From: the human T2T-CHM13v2.0 reference genome, Homo sapiens
Direction: 5' to 3' (one strand)
Length of the DNA stretch: 64,000 nt
Assembly: GCF_009914755.1 (NCBI RefSeq)
Contig: NC_060929.1
Of this stretch, positions 53,840 to 64,000 are shown piece after piece; position 1 is the stretch's first letter; the number at the start of each line of letters is the position of its first letter. The notes under the pieces were generated by a model. That model was given only the letters and a program-made list of their open reading frames with translations. It did not search any database and was not told the DNA's origin. The position numbers and the translations under genes were made by a program.

Positions 53840-54051
53840 AGGTCAACCTCAGCACTACTGACATATTTGGCTGAGTAATTCTTTATTTTGGAAGGGCTGT
53901 CCTCTATAATGTAGAATATTCAGCAACATCCCTGACCTACACTCACTAAATCCAATACAGCTTCCTTTCCTAGTTGTGATAAACAAAAATGTCTCTAGAC
54001 ATGGCAAATGTTCTCTGGGGGTAAAACTGCCCTCCAAGTGAGAATCATTGG
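53840..54051. mobile_element. MER20 (hAT-Charlie) DNA transposon
   Basis: ctcagcactactgacatatttggctgagtaattctt...gttgtgataaacaaaaatgtctctagacatggcaaatgttctctgggg. Confidence 0.85.
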
Positions 54052-54112
54052 TCTAAATCTATTATATGTTGTTTTCTCTGAGTATACTTAGTCTCTGGAT
54101 AGAAGATTCTCA

Positions 54113-54438
<326 letters not shown>

Positions 54439-54509
54439 AGATTGCACATAATCTACAGATTTACAATCTAATAGGCCCTTTAGAGAAGTCATAAAGAAGA
54501 CAGATACAT

Positions 54510-55290
<781 letters not shown>

Positions 55291-55439
55291 AATTAAGGTA
55301 CCATGGGAATTGTGCTTTATGTGTTCTTAATATTCTAATAAAAATCCACCTATATAGAAGTGTTAAAAAATAAATACCTCTTCATGGCATAAAGCTAATG
55401 CCTTAGGAAACATTAAAAGGTATTTTATTCATATTTACT

Positions 55440-56820
55440 AAAATTTTAAAACAGCAATAAAGCTCACCCATTTAAAACATACAATTCAATATTCACAGTC
55501 ACACAGCCATCACCCATAATCAATTCTAGAACATTTTTATCACCCCCAAAGAAAATTCCATACCTACTGGCAGTTACTCCTCATTTCTCCCCAAAACCCC
55601 AGCTCTAGGCAAGCATTAATTTACTTGCTATTGCTATATATCTGTCTATTCTGTATATTTCATATAAATGAAATCATACAGCCTTTTATGTCTGGTTTCT
55701 TTCACTTAACATATTGTTTTTAAAGTTCATCCGTGTTGTAACAGGCATCATTTCTTTTTAATGCTGAATAATATTTCATTGTATGGATATACCACATTTT
55801 GTTTACCTATTTGTCAGTTGATGGCATTTGAGTTGTTTCCACTTCTTGGCCATTTTAAATGCTGCTGCTATGAAGGTTTATGTAAATGTTTTTGTGTGGA
55901 CATATGTCTTCATTTCTCTTGGGTATAAAGAGTGGAACTGTTTTGTCATATGATAACTATATGTTTCATTTTTTTGAGGAGCTGCCAGACTGTTTTCCAA
56001 AATGGCTATAACATTTTACATTCCCACCAGCAATGGACGAGGACTCCAATTTCTCCACACCCTCACCAACACTTCATATTGTCCATCTTTTTTATGATAG
56101 TGAATGTGAAGTAGTATCTCAATGTGGTTTTGATTTTCATTTCCTTGACAAGTAACAATGTTGAGCATCTTTCATGTGCTCATTAGCTGTGTGTGTATCT
56201 TCTTTGGAAAAATACCTTTTCAAATCCTTTGTCTATTTTTAAATTACATTATTTGTCTTTTTGTTATTGAGTTGTAAGAGTTTTTTACAGAGTCTACATA
56301 CTAGACCTTTATCAGATATATGATTTACAAATATTTTCTTCCATTCTGTGAATTGCCTTTTCACTTTCTTGACAGTAACTTTTGAAGCACCAAAGTGTTT
56401 AATTTGAAGTCCAATTTTTATCTACTTTTTTCTTTTGTTGTTTGTGCTTCCAATGTCATATCTAAAAAATATTAATATATTGCTGAGTCCAAGGTTACAA
56501 AGATTTACACCTATGTTCTCTCCTAAGAGTTTTATAATACTTTTAGTTCTTATGTTTAGGTCTTTGTTTGTTTTTGAGTTAATTTTTACATAAAATGTGA
56601 AGTAAGAGTCCAAAGTCATTCATTTGCATGTGGATATCCAACTGCCTCAGCACCATTTGCTGAAGACTATTCCTTCCCCCATTAAATTGTCTTGACACCC
56701 TTGTCCAATTAACTGTAAAAATGTAGGTTTATTTCTGTACTTTCAGTTCTATCCCACTGATCTATATGTCTACATTATGCCTATCTAAGTACTATACTGT
56801 CTTGATTACTAATGCTTTCA
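55440..56820 (-). mobile_element. L1M (L1MB/MC-like) ORF2 3' part and 3' UTR
   Basis: Antisense L1 signatures (ttcattgtatggatataccacatttt, ttacattcccaccagcaatg, gagcatctttcatgtgct). Confidence 0.85.
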
Positions 56821-58046
56821 TATTTACTAAACTTAAATATACATATGTATTTAAAGTAAATCCAAAGAGCTGCAATTACATTTTCAAATTTAAGATAGTT
56901 TAAAATCTCCCAAGGGCACTCCTCTTCAAAGAACTTCACAAAACAAAATGGCAGAGGAGTAGCATCAGCAAGATGGCAGAGTGGGAAGCCCTGGACCCTC
57001 CTTCATCCAACAAATACACCAATTCAGCAACAATTCACAAACAAAATTCCTTTGTGAGAAATCCAGAAACTAACTGAAAGGCTCCTGCACCCTGGATGAA
57101 TAAGAATACACACTCATCAAAGCCAGAAGGGAGATTCAGGACACCCTCTCACCAGAATCCTACTCCCAGCACAGCTCCACAGGATTGGGAAGAACCCTGC
57201 AGCTCCAAGCTACCCTCAAGGGAAAGAATGAATTGGTCTGAGTGTCCAATGCCCCAACTTCTACGGTGGCTACAAAAAGTACTGGTTTCTGTCTTGCCTG
57301 TTTTTTGGACCACTGTTAAAACAAGTCCTACATAATCTAACCACCTACAGGAGACCAGAGATAACGGAGGTTTGGAAGAGTAGTCACCCTATCTGTTCCC
57401 CCAGCTTGGCATACAGTGAGCGAAGAAAATTCCCAGCTCCCAGATTTTGCCTAGGGAAGAAAAGAATTGGTCCACACTGTGTCCAATGCCCCAGTTTTTA
57501 TGGGGACTACCAAAAGGACTGGCTTCTGTCTTACCTGTAGTGGAGTACTGATGGAATTTGGCAAAATCCAGCTGCCTGGGGGCTAGGAAGAACAGAGAGG
57601 GATATTTGGGCTGGAAGTTGCTATCACCCCTTCCCTGAGCTGGGCACAAAGTAAATGGACAAAATCAATTTTAGAAGTAAGAACAAAACTAGGGGCATCA
57701 CACTCATGAATTTCAAAATATATTACAAAGTGACAGCAAACAAAACAATACGATTCTGGCATAAAGTCAGATATATAGACCAATGGAACAGAATAGACAG
57801 CCTACAAATAAATCCACACCCAACATGGTCAGCTGATCTTCAACAAGGGCATTAAGTATACATAATGAGAAAAGTCTAGTTTCTTCAACAAATGATGCTG
57901 GGAAAACCGGATATCCGCGTGCAAAAGAATGAAAATGGATCCTCATCTTACACCATAAACAAAAGTCAACTCCAAGTGCATTAAAGACTTAAATGTAAGA
58001 CCTGAAGCTTACATTGTAGGAGTCTTATGACTCCTACAAAAAAAAC

Positions 58047-58077
<31 letters not shown>

Positions 58078-58452
58078 AACAGGGAAAACCTTCATGACAT
58101 TGGTCTTAAAAATGATTTCCTGAATATAACACCAAAAACATAGGCAACAAAATCAAAAATAGGCAAGTGAGATTACATCAAATTAAAAGGCTTCTGCACA
58201 ACAAAGGAAACAACCACCAGAGTAAAAGGAAACCTATGGAATGGGAGAAAATATTTGCAAATCATATCTAAGGTTTTAACTTTCAAATATATAAGAAATA
58301 ACTCAATAGCCAAAAAACCTAGTAACCTGATCTTAAAATGGGCTAAACACTTGAATAGACATTTCTCTAAATGGCTAACAGGTATATGAAAAGATGCTCA
58401 ATATCACTAATCAGGGAAATGCAAATCAAAACCACCATGAAATATCACCTCA

Positions 58453-59896
58453 TGAGTCCCAGCTACTCGGGAGGTGAGGCAGGAGAACCGCTTAAACCCG
58501 GGAGGCGGAGGTTGCAGTGAGCCGAGATCGCACCATGTCACTCCAGCCTGGGTGACAGAGGGAGACTCTGTCTCAACTCGCTCACTCAGTGCTCAATGTT
58601 GCCCAGGCGTGATCTCGGCTCGCTGCAACCTCCACCTCCCAGCCGCCTGCCTTGGCCTCCCAAAGTGCCGAGATTGCATCCTCTGCCCGGCCGCCACCCC
58701 GTCTAGGAAGTGAGGAGCATCTCTGCCTGGCCGCCCATCGTCTGGGATGTGAGGAGCCCCTCTGCCCGGCCGCCCAGTCTGGGAAGTGAGGAGCGCCTCT
58801 TCCCGGCCGTCATCCAGTCTAGGAAGTGAGGAGCCTCTCTGCCTGGCGGCCCATCGTCTGGGATGTGGGGAGCGCCTCTGCCCCACCTCCCCGTCTGGAA
58901 TGTGAGGAGCGCCTCTGCCTGGCCGCGACCCCGTCTGGGAACTGAGGAGCGTCTCTGACCGGCCGCCCCGTCTGAGAAGTGAGGAGCCCCTCCGCCCAGC
59001 AGCTGCCCCGTCTGGGAAGTGAGGCGTGTCTCCGCCCCACAGCCGCCCAGTCTGGGAAGTGAGGAGCGTCTCCGCCCGGCCAGCGCCCCATCCGGGAGGT
59101 GGCGGGGCAGCCCCTGCCCGGCCAGACGCCCCGTCCCGGAGGTGGCGGGGCAGCCCCCGCCCAGCCAGCCGCCCATCCGGGAGGTGGGGGGTGCAGCCCC
59201 CACCCGGCCAGCTGCCCCGTCCGGGAGGTGGGGGGCGCCTCCGCCCGGCTGCCCCATCTGGGAAGTGAGGAGCCCCTCTGCCCAGCCGCCACCCCATCTG
59301 GGAGGTGTACCCAACAGCTCATTGAGAGCGGGCCATGATGAGGATGGCGGTTTTGTCAAATAGAAAAGGGGGAAATGTGGGGAAAAGGAGAGATCGGATT
59401 GTTACTGTGTCTGGGTAGAAAGAAGTAGACATGGGAGACTCCATTTTGTTCTGTACTAAGAAAAATTCTTCTGCCTTGGGATGCTGTTAATCTATAACCT
59501 TACCCCCAACCCCGTGCTCTCTGAAACATGTGCTGTGTCCACTCAGGGTTAAATGGATTAAGGGCGGTGCAAGATGTGCTTTGTTAAACAGATGCTTGAA
59601 GGCAGCATGCTCCTTAAGAGTCATCACCACTCCCTAATCTCAAGTACCCAGGGACACAAACACTGTGGAAGGCCGCAGGGTCCTCTGCCTAGGAAAACCA
59701 GAGAACTTTGTTCACATGTTTATCTGCTGACCTTCCCTCCACTATTGTCCTATGACCCTGCCAAATCCCCTTCTCCGAGAAACACCCAAGAATGATCAAT
59801 AAATACTAAAAAAATTTAAAAAAATTTCAATTAAAAACCTCAAAGCATAGGTTTAACAATTAAATAAAAGCTAACTCAAATTAAAAAAAAAAAAAA
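58453..59896 (+). mobile_element. SVA retrotransposon (SVA_B/C-like), 5'-truncated, antisense to TTC33
   Basis: Partial Alu-like domain from 58577, GC-rich VNTR ~58680-59305, SINE-R ~59305-59807 and poly-A; 14-bp TSD GAAATATCACCTCA at 58439-52 and 59897-910. Confidence 0.96.
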
Positions 59897-59934
59897 GAAA
59901 TATCACCTCACATCTGTTAAAATGGGTATTATCA

Positions 59935-60333
<399 letters not shown>

Positions 60334-60720
60334 TTATGGAGTTTCTTCAAAAAATTAAAATTAGAACTACCATGTAATAAAGCTATCTCATTTCTGGATA
60401 TTTATCCAAAAGAATCAAGATCTCAAAGAGATATTAGCACTCCCAGGTTCATGGCAGCACTATTCACGATAGCCAATATGTAGAAACAACCTAAATGTCC
60501 ATCAAAGGAAGAATGAACAAAGCAAATGGTATACACACAAAATGAAATATTTTTCAGCTTCAAAAAAGAAGCAAATTCTACAATACACAACATGGATGGG
60601 ACTTTGAGGACATTATGCTAAGTGAAAGAAGCCAGTCACAGAAAGCAAATTCTGCATAATTCCACTTATACGATATCTCTAAAACAGGCAAATTCATAGA
60701 CTCAAAAAGTAAAATTGTGA

Positions 60721-61069
<349 letters not shown>

Positions 61070-61193
61070 TCAAGAAAAAAACTCAATTCTTAAGTGTCAA
61101 CATACAACATTTATAAAGACTATAATTCAAGAATTTGTACTATTCAATTATAAAAAAGATAATGCAGCTTGACTCAAACAATGTCTACAGTAA

Positions 61194-61654
<461 letters not shown>

Positions 61655-61971
61655 CCTCAAGTGAAATTTTAAAAACTCTCAATCATCTTCCTTTTGTCTG
61701 GAAATTATCACTTGTCCATCCCATTACTACCATTACAAAAGCGAAACAATAAAAAGAATCAAATGATGCAACTGAAATTTCTAATTAAAGATTTGCTCAT
61801 GCAAAATATTAAAACCAATGGCTAAAATGAGACTTGGAAAACAGAGAAAACATTAGTAAACAAAATTAGTATTTATTGCACATTGGCATGAAGAAAAGCA
61901 AAAGCTGGCAATGAATTACACAGAGCCCGAAGAAGGGAAGCCACAAAGCTAGTTCCAGCACTGAAGGCTGA

Positions 61972-62451
<480 letters not shown>

Positions 62452-62513
62452 TTCAGCTTTCTTATTCTCTCATCCTTCCACTTCTTAAAATCTCATTCTC
62501 ATAAAGTCTTTTT

Positions 62514-62596
62514 TATATATATATATATACACACACACACGTATATATATATAAAATGTATACCATATACATACATATTTTATATATATATATATC
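62514..62596. repeat. (TA)n(CA)n compound microsatellite
   Basis: Read directly from the sequence. Confidence 0.85.
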
Positions 62597-64000
62597 TCCT
62601 ATAAACATTTTCCAATGTTCACATCCAACTCTTACAAAGTTTAAATAATTATTCATGGAGATATACCCAACTACTGACTTTTAATTTACTGCCTGTGCTA
62701 TTTACATACATAATTTCCTATGGTTTTAGTCCATATGTATATATAGTAAGAATTGTTAGATGTTAGAAATTCTAGCTTGCTTTCAATATATTTTACATAG
62801 TGTCCCTTCGTTATGACATTTTGAGTCATCTTTTTTTTTTACCATTCTAGTCTTTTAAGAGAACAGCTTAAATCTACATAAAAACAGAGAAGATTCCTAA
62901 AAATTACATTTAAATGGCAAAAAAAAAATACTTTCAATTCTTCTAAGAATTTCACAGTATTAATGAATAGAGCCATATCAACAGAAAAAAAAAAGTCGAA
63001 CTGGTACTCTTATTCAAAAAAATTTAAATATTAAATTATTTTTATTGGATGATTCAAAGTATCTCTGTCTCACCTGCAGTGTATTTTCTTTCTTTATAAA
63101 GGACAATCTTTACTAAATATTATGTCCTAGAGATTTGTTCCATTACCATAGACACTATTGGCAAAAGAGATAGTGATGTATAAATTTTTAATAAGGGAGG
63201 CAAGGAAAAAGTATTATATGATAGGGTTTTCTTCCCCTGTTAATGTTAGAAAACTAAATTCTTTGAACTCTTTTTTCCAACTCTGGTATGATTTAAGTCT
63301 TCATGTAAAAAGAGAGAAGTTGACAGTGCTAAATGGCAAGAAAAAAACAGTACTTGGTTAAAATGGTTTCTATCACTGTGAATCTCATTTAGATTATCAT
63401 TAACTTACTTTAATCAAATCAATTATTTTCTCATACAAATTCCTTACTATTTCTGAGAATTTGACAAACACCTTTTTTGGTAAGTAGAAATAATGATACA
63501 TTTATAAGAATGCCAGAAAAAAAGCTCAGTCATCCACAATTTACTAAAACCACTGTTAGTAAGTTTATATTTTGAATTTATCAGTAATTTTAGTCTTGCA
63601 AGAAACTTTTAAAATGTTTTATTTTGAACTGTAAAAAATAAAACCATTTTTAAAATCTTAATTTACTTAATAACAAGGAGGAAATTTGGCACTGTATATT
63701 AGATTTGCAAACACTTGTTAGGAAGTTAAATTTCGTTAGCTATCAGGTGTATATAGCCCTGCCAAAAGAAAAACAACAGGACAGCTGTCACAGCTAATTC
63801 TTACCTAGATAGCCTCTGCTACTAACAAGGTATAGTCCAGACAAATTGAGAGATGCATTAGGTACCAGTTTACGGTAAACATTACACAATGAGTATTTCA
63901 TTTGCACACATTTCTACTCTTCCTCTTTATCCCCTCAATAAGCCTAACAACTTTTCAGTCTAAATGTTCATCACCATTACCCTCCCATATTCTACTGTCT

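Noticed and set aside
58593-59363. Repetitive ORFs, and a repeat array that could be mistaken for CRISPR
   Set aside because: This is the SVA VNTR: degenerate tandem units without unique spacers, in a eukaryotic context

Overview
This is primate, almost certainly human, genomic DNA from the 5p13.1 PTGER4/TTC33 region. The complete PTGER4 gene (prostaglandin E2 receptor EP4, a class A GPCR) lies on the + strand. It has a CpG-island promoter at ~15.5-18.3 kb, a non-coding exon 1 ending at 16894, a 472-bp intron, exon 2 (CDS 17410-18276), a 9919-bp phase-0 intron and exon 3 (CDS 28196-28795), giving 488 aa, with a 3' UTR to ~30150. The last coding exon of TTC33 (52508-52861), its 3' UTR and part of its last intron lie convergently on the - strand. 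The remainder is mostly interspersed repeats: about 25 Alus, a ~13-kb nested pile of + strand L1s (35-48.5 kb), an SVA, MaLR LTRs, MER20, MIR/L2 and microsatellites. I found no new multi-gene system. The most unusual items are retrotransposition footprints and candidate PTGER4 5'-end regulation. The footprints are an SVA carrying a 5' Alu fragment and a 3' transduction, one target site used repeatedly, a tail-less L1 piece captured inside an Alu, and a microhomology-bounded in-frame L1 deletion. The regulatory candidates are a uORF with a possible cryptic intron and a possible TATA-driven alternative first exon. Repeat subfamily names are by eye and need RepeatMasker confirmation.
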